Origin: Balanoglossus misakiensis
Taxonomy: Eukaryota; Animalia; Hemichordata
Length of the DNA: 64,000 nt
Assembly: GCA_040954595.2 (NCBI GenBank)
Contig: CM082579.2
Location: forward strand, 16,096,550 to 16,160,549
Direction of reading: 5' to 3'
Shown here: positions 13,801-28,800 of the stretch, in pieces
How the letters are laid out: every line of letters begins with the position of its first letter
How positions within the stretch are numbered: position 1 is the first letter of the stretch
The notes under the pieces: generated by a model
Told to the model about the DNA's origin: nothing
Database searches by the model: none
Seen by the model: the letters and a program-made list of their open reading frames with translations, nothing else
Program-made: the position numbers and the translations under genes

Positions 13801-16800
13801 GAAAAAGTCGATTTTTCTACGGCCTGGCTCGGCTAAATCTCCGTCACAATATGACAGACACTAGCGTAAGTTAGCAACGGTGATCAAGTCAGATTTTCTA
13901 CGGCATAGCTCGGATAAAGCCCCGGCACTCTAGAGCAGAAACACGCGTACAGAGACCACGTTGATCAAGTCTGATCTCCTACGGCTTGGCTCGACTAAAA
14001 CCCCGGCACACTATGACAGACACTAGCGTTAGTAAGCAACGTTGATCAAGTCAGATTTCCTACGGCATGGCTTGGCTAAAGCCCTGGCACTCTAGAGCAG
14101 AAACACGCGTACAGAGACCACGTTGATCTACTCACATTTCCTTCGGCCTGGCACGGCTGATGCCCCGGCACTATATATAGGACACAGACTGGCGTAAGTT
14201 AACAACGGTAATCACGTCGGGTTTCCTACGGCGTGGCTCAGATGAAGCCCCGGCACTCTAGAGCAGAAACAGGCGTACAGTGACCACGTTGATCAAGTCA
14301 GATTTCCTAGGGCGTGACTCGGCTGGTGCACCGGCTCTATATGACACAGACTGGCGTAAGTTATCAACGGTGATTACGTCGGATTTCCTACGGCCTGGTT
14401 TAGCTGAAGCCCCGGCACTTTAGAGCGGAAACACGCGTACATTGACCACGATGATCAAGTCAGATCTCCTACGGCCTGGCTCGACTAAACCCCGGCACAC
14501 CATGACAGACACTAGCGTTCGTTAGCAACGGTGATCAAGTCGGATTTCCTTCGGCCTGGCTCTGCAAAAGACCCGACACATTAGTACAAAGACGTTGGCT
14601 AAGTCGGGCAAACCGAAGAGGGAAAGTCACAGCGGGTCAACACTCGACATTTGTTCGGGTAGGACTGCATTATTGCCTGTCAATTTATAGAGAAAGCCCG
14701 AATTTAACCAGGGCGTTTCAAACACCGACGTTAGTTGGGGGCACGGCCTGCAGTACTGCCGGGTAAGCTGACATCGGCGTACCGCATATAATGTAGGGGG
14801 GGGGGGACAGAACGGTTCATTACTACATTTATTAAATATCAGCTAATTTTGGACAATCATCTAAAATCTAAATCATTTTTTCATATTTGGATATCTGGTG
14901 ATGTATGAAATTTCCATTATATGTAAAAATGGTGCTGATTATTAAAAAATGCACTCTGAATGAGGTTATTTAATACAAAATTGCGTTTTATTCGTTTTTG
15001 CACCAAAAAGGTCATTTTTAGGCCAAACATTCTTTATTTTTTTTAATTCGGTGACCTGATCATATATAAACAATTGCTTGTATGTTAAAAGTTTTTATGA
15101 CTTTTAAAAGCAGTGACACTGGCGGCATTCAACACGAAAATAACAATTTTAGCCATAATTTGGTCAAAATGGTAAATTTTTGAAAATTACAAAAAATACC
15201 TGTTTTCTACATTTTCGGAAATCTGATGGAGTATAGAATGCTCTTCGTATGTATATATCGATACAAATTCCACAAAAGACAATCTAATTTGGCTCACTGC
15301 AGACAAAATTGCGTTTTACCAAATGTTCCTTGAAAATGTCATTTTTAGAAAAAAAACTAAAAAAAACTTTGTTCTTCGAATTTGGTGCCCTGATCATATA
15401 TGACATGTTGATTGTATGTTAAAACTTTCGACCACTCCAAAAATGCAGAGATATTGACGGAATTCAAGAAAAAATAGCCATTTTGGCCATATTTTGACAA
15501 AAATGGTAATTTTTTAAAAAATCATAAAAAATTAACTCTTTTCTTCATTTTCGGAAATATTATGGAGCATAAAGTGTCGTTCTCTTGTAAAAAGTGCTGC
15601 AAATTCCAGAAAAGGCGGTATAATTTGAATGACCCAAGACAAAATTACCATTTTCGACTTTTTTTCGAAAAATTGTCTTGTTTTACAAAATAAATAAGAA
15701 TAAATTCTTTTCTTAGTTTCAAACGGGTAGAGATATTTTACACACGGGTTTTCTAACATTGAATTCCCGTTCATCAACTCAGATTTCCTACAGCACAAGT
15801 CGGCTAAAACCCTGACACTCTAGAGCAGAAACAGTTGCACACTGGTAACGTTGAAAAAGTCGATTTTTCTACGGCCTGGCTCGGCTAAATCTCCGTCACA
15901 ATATGACAGACACTAGCGTAAGTTAGCAACGGTGATCAAGTCAGATTTTCTACGGCATAGCTCGGATAAAGCCCCGGCACTCTAGAGCAGAAACACGCGT
16001 ACAGAGACCACGTTGATCAAGTCTGATCTCCTACGGCTTGGCTCGACTAAAACCCCGGCACACTATGACAGACACTAGCGTTAGTAAGCAACGTTGATCA
16101 AGTCAGATTTCCTACGGCATGGCTTGGCTAAAGCCCTGGCACTCTAGAGCAGAAACACGCGTACAGAGACCACGTTGATCTACTCACATTTCCTTCGGCC
16201 TGGCACGGCTGATGCCCCGGCACTATATATAGGACACAGACTGGCGTAAGTTAACAACGGTAATCACGTCGGGTTTCCTACGGCGTGGCTCAGATGAAGC
16301 CCCGGCACTCTAGAGCAGAAACAGGCGTACAGTGACCACGTTGATCAAGTCAGATTTCCTACGGCGTGACTCGGCTGGTGCACCGGCTCTATATGACACA
16401 GACTGGCGTAAGTTATCAACGGTGATTACGTCGGATTTCCTACGGCCTGGTTTAGCTGAAGCCCCGGCACTTTAGAGCGGAAACACGCGTACATTGACCA
16501 CGATGATCAAGTCAGATCTCCTACGGCCTGGCTCGACTAAACCCCGGCACACCATGACAGACACTAGCGTTCGTTAGCAACGGTGATCAAGTCGGATTTC
16601 CTTCGGCCTGGCTCTGCAAAAGACCCGACACATTAGTACAAAGACGTTGGCTAAGTCGGGCAAACCGAAGAGGGAAAGTCACAGCGGGTCAACACTCGAC
16701 ATTTGTTCGGGTAGGACTGCATTATTGCCTGTCAATTTATAGAGAAAGCCCGAATTTAACCAGGGCGTTTCAAACACCGACGTTAGTTGGGGGCACGGCC

Positions 16801-19800
16801 TGCAGTACTGCCGGGTAAGCTGACATCGGCGTACCGCATATAATGTAGGGGGGGGGGGACAGAACGGTTCATTACTACATTTATTAAATATCAGCTAATT
16901 TTGGACAATCATCTAAAATCTAAATCATTTTTTCATATTTGGATATCTGGTGATGTATGAAATTTCCATTATATGTAAAAATGGTGCTGATTATTAAAAA
17001 ATGCACTCTGAATGAGGTTATTTAATACAAAATTGCGTTTTATTCGTTTTTGCACCAAAAAGGTCATTTTTAGGCCAAACATTCTTTATTTTTTTTAATT
17101 CGGTGACCTGATCATATATAAACAATTGCTTGTATGTTAAAAGTTTTTATGACTTTTAAAAGCAGTGACACTGGCGGCATTCAACACGAAAATAACAATT
17201 TTAGCCATAATTTGGTCAAAATGGTAAATTTTTGAAAATTACAAAAAATACCTGTTTTCTACATTTTCGGAAATCTGATGGAGTATAGAATGCTCTTCGT
17301 ATGTATATATCGATACAAATTCCACAAAAGACCGTCTAATTTGACTCACTACAGACAAAATTGCGTTTTACCGAATGTTCCTTGAAAATGTCATTTTTAG
17401 AAAAAAAACTAAAAAAAACTTTGTTCTTCGAATTTGGTGCCCTGATCATATATGACATGTTGATTGTATGTTAAAACTTTCGACCACTCCAAAAATGCAG
17501 AGATATTGACGGAATTCAAGAAAAAATAGCCATTTTGGCCATATTTTGACAAAAATGGTAATTTTTTAAAAAATCATAAAAAATTAACTCTTTTCTTCAT
17601 TTTCGGAAATATTATGGAGCATAAAGTGTCGTTCTCTTGTAAAAAGTGCTGCAAATTCCAGAAAAGGCGGTATAATTTGAATGACCCAAGACAAAATTAC
17701 CATTTTCGACTTTTTTTCGAAAAATTGTCTTGTTTTACAAAATAAATAAGAATAAATTCTTTTCTTAGTTTCAAACGGGTAGAGATATTTTACACACGGG
17801 TTTTCTAACATTGAATTCCCGTTCATCAACTCAGATTTCCTACAGCACAAGTCGGCTAAAACCCTGACACTCTAGAGCAGAAACAGTTGCACACTGGTAA
17901 CGTTGAAAAAGTCGATTTTTCTACGGCCTGGCTCGGCTAAATCTCCGTCACAATATGACAGACACTAGCGTAAGTTAGCAACGGTGATCAAGTCAGATTT
18001 TCTACGGCATAGCTCGGATAAAGCCCCGGCACTCTAGAGCAGAAACACGCGTACAGAGACCACGTTGATCAAGTCTGATCTCCTACGGCTTGGCTCGACT
18101 AAAACCCCGGCACACTATGACAGACACTAGCGTTAGTAAGCAACGTTGATCAAGTCAGATTTCCTACGGCATGGCTTGGCTAAAGCCCTGGCACTCTAGA
18201 GCAGAAACACGCGTACAGAGACCACGTTGATCTACTCACATTTCCTTCGGCCTGGCACGGCTGATGCCCCGGCACTATATATAGGACACAGACTGGCGTA
18301 AGTTAACAACGGTAATCACGTCGGGTTTCCTACGGCGTGGCTCAGATGAAGCCCCGGCACTCTAGAGCAGAAACAGGCGTACAGTGACCACGTTGATCAA
18401 GTCAGATTTCCTACGGCGTGACTCGGCTGGTGCACCGGCTCTATATGACACAGACTGGCGTAAGTTATCAACGGTGATTACGTCGGATTTCCTACGGCCT
18501 GGTTTAGCTGAAGCCCCGGCACTTTAGAGCGGAAACACGCGTACATTGACCACGATGATCAAGTCAGATCTCCTACGGCCTGGCTCGACTAAACCCCGGC
18601 ACACCATGACAGACACTAGCGTTCGTTAGCAACGGTGATCAAGTCGGATTTCCTTCGGCCTGGCTCTGCAAAAGACCCGACACATTAGTACAAAGACGTT
18701 GGCTAAGTCGGGCAAACCGAAGAGGGAAAGTCACAGCGGGTCAACACTCGACATTTGTTCGGGTAGGACTGCATTATTGCCTGTCAATTTATAGAGAAAG
18801 CCCGAATTTAACCAGGGCGTTTCAAACACCGACGTTAGTTGGGGGCACGGCCTGCAGTACTGCCGGGTAAGCTGACATCGGCGTACCGCATATAATGTAG
18901 GGGGGGGGGGGACAGAACGGTTCATTACTACATTTATTAAATATCAGCTAATTTTGGACAATCATCTAAAATCTAAATCATTTTTTCATATTTGGATATC
19001 TGGTGATGTATGAAATTTCCATTATATGTAAAAATGGTGCTGATTATTAAAAAATGCACTCTGAATGAGGTTATTTAATACAAAATTGCGTTTTATTCGT
19101 TTTTGCACCAAAAAGGTCATTTTTAGGCCAAACATTCTTTATTTTTTTTAATTCGGTGACCTGATCATATATAAACAATTGCTTGTATGTTAAAAGTTTT
19201 TATGACTTTTAAAAGCAGTGACACTGGCGGCATTCAACACGAAAATAACAATTTTAGCCATAATTTGGTCAAAATGGTAAATTTTTGAAAATTACAAAAA
19301 ATACCTGTTTTCTACATTTTCGGAAATCTGATGGAGTATAGAATGCTCTTCGTATGTATATATCGATACAAATTCCACAAAAGACAATCTAATTTGGCTC
19401 ACTGCAGACAAAATTGCGTTTTACCAAATGTTCCTTGAAAATGTCATTTTTAGAAAAAAAACTAAAAAAAACTTTGTTCTTCGAATTTGGTGCCCTGATC
19501 ATATATGACATGTTGATTGTATGTTAAAACTTTCGACCACTCCAAAAATGCAGAGATATTGACGGAATTCAAGAAAAAATAGCCATTTTGGCCATATTTT
19601 GACAAAAATGGTAATTTTTTAAAAAATCATAAAAAATTAACTCTTTTCTTCATTTTCGGAAATATTATGGAGCATAAAGTGTCGTTCTCTTGTAAAAAGT
19701 GCTGCAAATTCCATAAAAGGCGGTATAATTTGAATGACCCAAGACAAAATTACCATTTTCGACTTTTTTTCGAAAAATTGTCTTGTTTTACAAAATAAAT

Positions 19801-22800
19801 AAGAATAAATTCTTTTCTTAGTTTCAAACGGGTAGAGATATTTTACACACGGGTTTTCTAACATTGAATTCCCGTTCATCAACTCAGATTTCCTACAGCA
19901 CAAGTCGGCTAAAACCCTGACACTCTAGAGCAGAAACAGTTGCACACTGGTAACGTTGAAAAAGTCGATTTTTCTACGGCCTGGCTCGGCTAAATCTCCG
20001 TCACAATATGACAGACACTAGCGTAAGTTAGCAACGGTGATCAAGTCAGATTTTCTACGGCATAGCTCGGATAAAGCCCCGGCACTCTAGAGCAGAAACA
20101 CGCGTACAGAGACCACGTTGATCAAGTCTGATCTCCTACGGCTTGGCTCGACTAAAACCCCGGCACACTATGACAGACACTAGCGTTAGTAAGCAACGTT
20201 GATCAAGTCAGATTTCCTACGGCATGGCTTGGCTAAAGCCCTGGCACTCTAGAGCAGAAACACGCGTACAGAGACCACGTTGATCTACTCACATTTCCTT
20301 CGGCCTGGCACGGCTGATGCCCCGGCACTATATATAGGACACAGACTGGCGTAAGTTAACAACGGTAATCACGTCGGGTTTCCTACGGCGTGGCTCAGAT
20401 GAAGCCCCGGCACTCTAGAGCAGAAACAGGCGTACAGTGACCACGTTGATCAAGTCAGATTTCCTACGGCGTGACTCGGCTGGTGCACCGGCTCTATATG
20501 ACACAGACTGGCGTAAGTTATCAACGGTGATTACGTCGGATTTCCTACGGCCTGGTTTAGCTGAAGCCCCGGCACTTTAGAGCGGAAACACGCGTACATT
20601 GACCACGATGATCAAGTCAGATCTCCTACGGCCTGGCTCGACTAAACCCCGGCACACCATGACAGACACTAGCGTTCGTTAGCAACGGTGATCAAGTCGG
20701 ATTTCCTTCGGCCTGGCTCTGCAAAAGACCCGACACATTAGTACAAAGACGTTGGCTAAGTCGGGCAAACCGAAGAGGGAAAGTCACAGCGGGTCAACAC
20801 TCGACATTTGTTCGGGTAGGACTGCATTATTGCCTGTCAATTTATAGAGAAAGCCCGAATTTAACCAGGGCGTTTCAAACACCGACGTTAGTTGGGGGCA
20901 CGGCCTGCAGTACTGCCGGGTAAGCTGACATCGGCGTACCGCATATAATGTAGGGGGGGGGGGGGGACAGAACGGTTCATTACTACATTTATTAAATATC
21001 AGCTAATTTTGGACAATCATCTAAAATCTAAATCATTTTTTCATATTTGGATATCTGGTGATGTATGAAATTTCCATTATATGTAAAAATGGTGCTGATT
21101 ATTAAAAAATGCACTCTGAATGAGGTTATTTAATACAAAATTGCGTTTTATTCGTTTTTGCACCAAAAAGGTCATTTTTAGGCCAAACATTCTTTATTTT
21201 TTTTAATTCGGTGACCTGATCATATATAAACAATTGCTTGTATGTTAAAAGTTTTTATGACTTTTAAAAGCAGTGACACTGGCGGCATTCAACACGAAAA
21301 TAACAATTTTAGCCATAATTTGGTCAAAATGGTAAATTTTTGAAAATTACAAAAAATACCTGTTTTCTACATTTTCGGAAATCTGATGGAGTATAGAATG
21401 CTCTTCGTATGTATATATCGATACAAATTCCACAAAAGACCGTCTAATTTGACTCACTACAGACAAAATTGCGTTTGACCAAATTTTCCTTGAAAATTTC
21501 ATTTAAAAAAAAAAAAAAAAAAACCTTTATTCTTCGAATTTGGTGCCCTGATCATATATGACATGTTGATTGTATGTTAAAACTTTCGACCACTCCAAAA
21601 ATGCAGAGATATTGACGGAATTCAAGAAAAAATAGCCATTTTGGCCATATTTTGACAAAAATGGTAATTTTTTAAAAAATCATAAAAAATTAACTCTTTT
21701 CTTCATTTTCGGAAATATTATGGAGCATGAAGTGTCGTTCTCTTGTAAAAAGTGCTGCAAATTCCAGAAAAGGCGGTATAATTTGAATGACCCAAGACAA
21801 AATTACCATTTTCGACTTTTTTTCGAAAAATTGTCTTGTTTTACAAAATAAATAAGAATAAATTCTTTTCTTAGTTTCAAACGGGTAGAGATATTTTACA
21901 CACGGGTTTTCTAACATTGAATTCCCGTTCATCAACTCAGATTTCCTACAGCACAAGTCGGCTAAAACCCTGACACTCTAGAGCAGAAACAGTTGCACAC
22001 TGGTAACGTTGAAAAAGTCGATTTTTCTACGGCCTGGCTCGGCTAAATCTCCGTCACAATATGACAGACACTAGCGTAAGTTAGCAACGGTGATCAAGTC
22101 AGATTTTCTACGGCATAGCTCGGATAAAGCCCCGGCACTCTAGAGCAGAAACACGCGTACAGAGACCACGTTGATCAAGTCTGATCTCCTACGGCTTGGC
22201 TCGACTAAAACCCCGGCACACTATGACAGACACTAACGTTCGTTAGCAACGTTGATCAAGTCAGATTTCCTACGGCATGGCTTGGCTAAAGCCCTGGCAC
22301 TCTAGAGCAGAAACACGCGTACAGAGACCACGTTGATCTACTCACATTTCCTTCGGCCTGGCACGGCTGATGCCCCGGCACTATATATAGGACACAGACT
22401 GGCGTAAGTTAACAACGGTAATCACGTCGGGTTTCCTACGGCGTGGCTCAGATGAAGCCCCGGCACTCTAGAGCAGAAACAGGCGTACAGTGACCACGTT
22501 GATCAAGTCAGATTTCCTACGGCGTGACTCGGCTGGTGCACCGGCTCTATATGACACAGACTGGCGTAAGTTATCAACGGTGATTACGTCGGATTTCATA
22601 CGGCCTGGTTTAGCTGAAGCCCCGGCACTTTAGAGCGGAAACATGCGTACATTGACCACGATGATCAAGTCAGATCTCCTACGGCCTGGCTCGACTAAAA
22701 CCCCGGCACACCATGACAGACACTAGCGTTCGTTAGCAACGGTGATCAAGTCGGATTTCCTTCGGCCTGGCTCTGCAAAAGACCCGACACTCTAGTACAA

Positions 22801-25800
22801 AGACGTTGGCTAAGTCGGGCAAACCGAAGAGGGAAAGTCACAGCGGGTTAACACTCGACATTTGTTCCGGTAGGACTACATTATTGCCTGTCAATTTATA
22901 GAGAAAGCCCGAATTTAACCAGGGCGTTTCAAACACCGACGTTAGTTGTGGGCACGGCCTGCAGTACTGATGGGTAAGCTGACATCGGCGTACCGCATGT
23001 AATGTAGGGGGGGACAGAACGGTTCAATACTACATTTATTAGATATCAGCTACTTTTGGACAATCATCTAAAATCTAAATCATTTTTTCATATTTGGATA
23101 TCTGATGATGTATGAAATTTCCATTATATGTAAAAATGGTGCTGATTATAAAAACTGCACTCTGAATGAGCTGATTTAATACAAAATTGCGTTTTATTCG
23201 TTTTTGCACCAAAAAGGTCATTTTTAGGGAAAACATTCTTTATTCTTTAAATTCGGTGACCTGATCATATATAAACAATTGCTTGTATGTTAAAAGTTTT
23301 AATGACTTTTAAAAGCAGTGACACTGGCGCCATTCAACGCGAAAATAACAATTTTAGCCACAATTCGGTCAAAATGGTAAATTTTTGAAAATTACAAAAA
23401 ATACCTGTTTTCTACATTTTCGGAAATCTGATGGAGTATAGAATGCTCTTCGTATACATATATCGATACAAATTCCACAAAAAAACGGCCAATTTGGCTC
23501 ACTGCAGACAAAATTGCGTTTTACCAAATTTTCCTTGAAAATGTCATTTTTAGAAAAAAAAAAAAAAAACCTTTGTTCTTCGAATTTAGTGCCTGATCAT
23601 ATATGACATGTTGATTGTATGTTAAAACTTTCGACCACTCCAAAAATGCTGAGATATTGACGGAATTAAAGAAAAAATAGCCATTTTGGCCATATTTTGA
23701 CAAAAATGGTAAATTTTTAAAAAATCATAAAAAATTAACTCTTTTCTTCATTTTCGGAAATATTATAGAGCATGAAGTGTCGTTCTCTTGTAAAAAGTGC
23801 TGCAAATTCCAGAAAAGGCGGTATAATTTGAATCAACCAAGACAAAATTACCATTTTCGACTTTTTTTCGAAATATTGTTTTTTTACAAAATAAATAAGA
23901 ATAAATTCTTTTCTTAGTTCTAAACGGGTAGAGATACTTTCCACACGGATTTCTAACATTGAATTCCCGTTCATCAACTCAGATTTCCTACAAGTCGGCT
24001 AATACCCTGACACTCTAGAACAGAAACAGTTGCACACTGGTAACGTTGAACAAGTCGATTTTTCTACGGCCTGGCTCGGCTAAATCTCCGTCACAATATG
24101 ACAGACACTAGCGTAGGTTAGCAACGGTGATCAAGTCAGATTTTCTACGGCATGGCTTGGATAAAGCCCCGGCACTCCAGAGCAGAAACACGCGTACAGA
24201 GACCACGTTGATCAAGTCTGATCTCCTACGGCTTGGTTCGACTAAAAACCCCGGCACACTATGACAGACACTAGCGTTCGTTAGCAACGGTGATCAAGTC
24301 AGATTTTCTACGGCATGGCTTGGCTAAAGCCCTGGCACTCTAGAGCAGAAACACGCGTACAGAGACCACGTTGATCTACTCACATTTCCTTCGGCCTGGC
24401 ACGGCTGATGCCCCGGCACTATATATAGGACACAAACTGGCGTAAGTTAACAACGGTAATCACGTCGGGTTTCCTACGGCCTGGCTCAGCTGAAGCCCCG
24501 GCTCTCTAGAGCAGAAACAGGCGTACATTGACCACGTTGATCAAGTAAGATTTCCTACGGCGTGACTCGGCTGGTACACCGGCTCTATATGACACAGACT
24601 GGCGTAAGTTATCAACGGTGATTACGTCGGATTTCATACGGCCTGGTTTAGCTGAAGCCCCGGCACTTTAGAGCGGAAACACGCGTACATTGACCACGAT
24701 GATCAAGGCAGATCTCCTACGGCCTGGCTCGACTAAAACCCCGGCACACCATGACAGACACTAGCGTTCGTTAGCAACGGTGATCAAGTCGGATTTCCTT
24801 CGGCCTGGCTCTGCAAAAGACCCGACACTCTAGTACAAAGACGTTGGCTAAGTCGGGCAAACCGAAGAGGGAAAGTCACAGCGGGTTAACACTCGACATT
24901 TGTTCCGGTAGGACTACATTATTGCCTGTCAATTTATAGAGAAAGCCCGAATTTAACCAGGGCGTTTCAAACACCGACGTTAGTTGTGGGCACGGCCTGC
25001 AGTACTGATGGGTAAGCTGACATCGGCGTACCGCATGTAATGTAGGGGGGGACAGAACGGTTCAATACTACATTTATTAGATATCAGCTACTTTTGGACA
25101 ATCATCTAAAATCTAAATCATTTTTTCATATTTGGATATCTGATGATGTATGAAATTTCCATTATATGTAAAAATGGTGCTGATTATAAAAAATGCACTC
25201 TGAATGAGCTGATTTAATACAAAATTGCGTTTTATTCGTTTTTGCACCAAAAAGGTCATTTTTAGGGAAAACATTCTTTATTCTTTAAATTCGGTGACCT
25301 GATCATATATAAACAATTGCTTGTATGTTAAAAGTTTTAATGACTTTTAAAAGCAGTGACACTGGCGGCATTCAACGCGAAAATAACAATTTTAGCCACA
25401 ATTCGGTCAAAATGGTAAATTTTTGAAAATTACAAAAAATACCTGTTTTCTACATTTTCGGAAATCTGATGGAGTATAGAATGCTCTTCGTATACATATA
25501 TCGATACAAATTCCACAAAAAAACGGCCAATTTGGCTCACTGCAGACAAAATTGCGTTTTACCAAATTTTCCTTGAAAATGTCATTTTTAGAAAAAAAAA
25601 TAAAAAAAAACCTTTGTTCTTCGAATTTGGTGCCCTGATCATATATGACATGTTGATTGTATGTTAAAACTTTCGACCACTCCAAAAATGCAGAGATATT
25701 GACGGAATTCAAGAAAAAATAGCCATTTTGTCCATATTTTGACAAAAATTGTAAATTTTTAAAAAATCATAAAAAATTAACTCTTTTCTTCATTTTCGGA

Positions 25801-28800
25801 AATATTATGGAGCATGAAGTGTCGTTCTCTTGTAAAAAGTGCTGCAAATTCCAGAAAAGGCGGTATAATTTGAATCACCCATGACAAAATTACCATTTTC
25901 GACTTTTTTTCGAAAAATTGTGATTTTTTCAAAATAAATAAGAATAAATTCTTTTCTTAGTTTCAAAAGGGTAGAGACACTTTCCACACAGGTTTTTAAA
26001 CATTGAATTCCCATTCATCAACTCAGATTTCCTACAGCATAAGTCGGCTAAAACCCTGACACTCTAGAGCAGAAACAGTTGCACACTGGTAACGTTGAAC
26101 AAGTCAATTTTTCTACGGCCTGGCTCGGCTAAATCTCCGTCACAATATGACAGACACTAGCGTTCGTTAGCAACGTTGATCAAGTCAGATTTCCTACGGC
26201 ATGGCTTGGCTAAAGCCCTGGCACTCTAGAGCAGAAACACGCGTACAGAAACCACGTTGATCTACTCACATTTCCTTCGGCCTGGCACGGCTGATGCCCC
26301 GGCAGTATATATAGGACACAGACTTGCGTAAGTTAACAACGGTAATCACGTCGGGTTTCCTACGGCCTGGCTCAGCTGAAGCCCCGGCACTCTAGAGCAG
26401 AAACAGGCGTACATTGACCACGTTGATCAAATCAGATTCCTACGGCGTGACTCCGCTGGTGCACCGGCTCTATATGACACAGACTGGCGTAAGTTATCAA
26501 CGGTGATTACGTCGGATTTCCTACGGCCTGGTTTAGCTGAAGCCCCGGCACTTTAGAGCGGAAACACGCGTACATTGACCACGATGATCAAGTCAGATCT
26601 CCTACGGCTTGGCTCGACTAAAACCCCGGCACACTATGACAGACACTAGCGTTCGTTAGCAACGTTGATCAATTCAGATTTCCTACGGCATGGCTTGGCT
26701 AAAGCCCTGGCATTCTAGAGCAGAAACACGCGTACAGAGACCACATTGATCTACTCACATTTCCTTAGGCCTGGCACGGCTGATGCCCCGGCACTATATA
26801 TAGGACACAGACTGGCGTAAGTTAACAACGGTAATCACGTCGGGTTTCCTACGGCCTGGCTCAGCTGAAGCCCCGGCACTCTAGAGCAGAAACAGGCGTA
26901 CATTGACCACGTTGATCAAATTAGATTCCTACGGCATGACTCGGCTGGTGCACCGGCTCTATATGACACAGACTGGCGTAAGTTATCAACGGTGATTACG
27001 TCGGATTTCCTACGGCCTGGTTTAGCTGAAGCCCCGGCACTTTAGAGCGGAAACACGCGTACATTGACCACGATGATCCAGTCAGATCTCCTACGGCCTG
27101 GCTCGACTAAAACCCCGGCACACCATGACAGACACTAGCGTTCGTTAGCAACGGTGATCAAGTCGGATTTCCTTCGGCCTGGCTCTGCAAAACACCCGAC
27201 ACTCTAGTACAAAGACGTTGGCTAATCGGGCAAACCGAAGAGGGAAAGTCACAGCGGGTCAACACTCGACATTTGTTCCGGTAGGACTACATTATTGCCT
27301 GTCAATTTATAGAGAAAGCCCGAATTTAACCAGGGCGTTTCAAACACCGACGTTAGTTGTGGGCACGGCCTGCAGTACTGACGGGTAAGCTGACATCGGC
27401 GTACCGCATTTAATGTAGGGGGGGGGGGAACAGAACGGTTCAATGCTATATTTATTAGATATCAGCTACTTTTGGACAATCATCTAAAATCTAAATCATT
27501 TTTTCATATTTGGATATCTGATGATGTATGAAATTTCCATTATATGTAAAAATGGTGCTGATTATAAAAAATGCACTCTGAATGAGCTGATTTAATACAA
27601 AATTGCGTTTTATTCGTTTTTGCACCAAAAAGGTCATTTTAAGGGAAAACATTCTTTATTCTTTAAATTCGGTGACCTGATCATATATAAACAATTGCTT
27701 GTATGTTAAAAGTTTTAATGACTTTTAAAAGCAGTGACACTGGCGGCATTCAACACGAAAATAACAATTTTAGCCACAATTCGGTCAAAATGGTAAATTT
27801 TTGAAAATTACAAAAAATACCTGTTTTCTACATTTTCGGAAATCTGATGGAGTATAGAATGCTCTTCGTATACATATATCGATACAAATTCCACAAAAAA
27901 ACGGCCAATTTAGCTCACTGCAGACAAAATTGCGTTTTACCAAATTTTCCTTGAAAATGTCATTTTTAGAAAAAAAAATAAAAAAAACCTTTGTTCTTCG
28001 AATTTGGTGCCCTGATCATATATGACATGTTGATTGTATGTGAAAACTTTCGACCACTCCAAAAATGCAGAGATATTGACGGAATTCAAGAAAAAATAGC
28101 CATTTTGGCCATATTTTGACAAAAATGGTAAATTTTTACAAAATCATAAAAAATTAACTCTTTTCTTCATTTTCGGAAATATTATGGAGCATGAAGTGTC
28201 GTTCTCTTGTAAAAAGTGCTGCAAATTCCAGAAAAGGCGGTATAATTTGAATCACCCATGACAAAATTACCATTTTCGACTTTTTTTCGAAAAATTGTGA
28301 TTTTTACAAAATAAATAAGAATAAATTATTTTCTTAGTTTCAAAAGGGTAGAGACACTTTCCACACGGGTTTTTTAACATTGAATTCCCATTCATCAACT
28401 CAGATTTCCTACAGCATAAGTCGGCTAAAACCCTGACACTCTAGAGCAGAAACAGTTGCACACTGGTAACGTTGAACAAGTCGATTTTTCTACGGCCTGG
28501 CTCGGCTAAATCTCCGTCACAATATGACAGACACTAGCGTTCGTTAGCAATGTTGATCAAGTCAGATTTCCTACGGCATGGCTTGGCTAAAGCCCTGGCA
28601 CTCTAGAGCAGAAACACGCGTACAGAAACCACGTTGATCTACTCACATTTCCTTCGGCCTGGCACGGCTGATGCCCCGGCAGTATATATAGGACACAGAC
28701 TTGCGTAAGTTAACAACGGTAATCACGTCGGGTTTCCTACGGCCTGGCTCAGCTGAAGCCCCGGCACTCTAGAGCAAAAACAGGCGTACATTGACCACGT

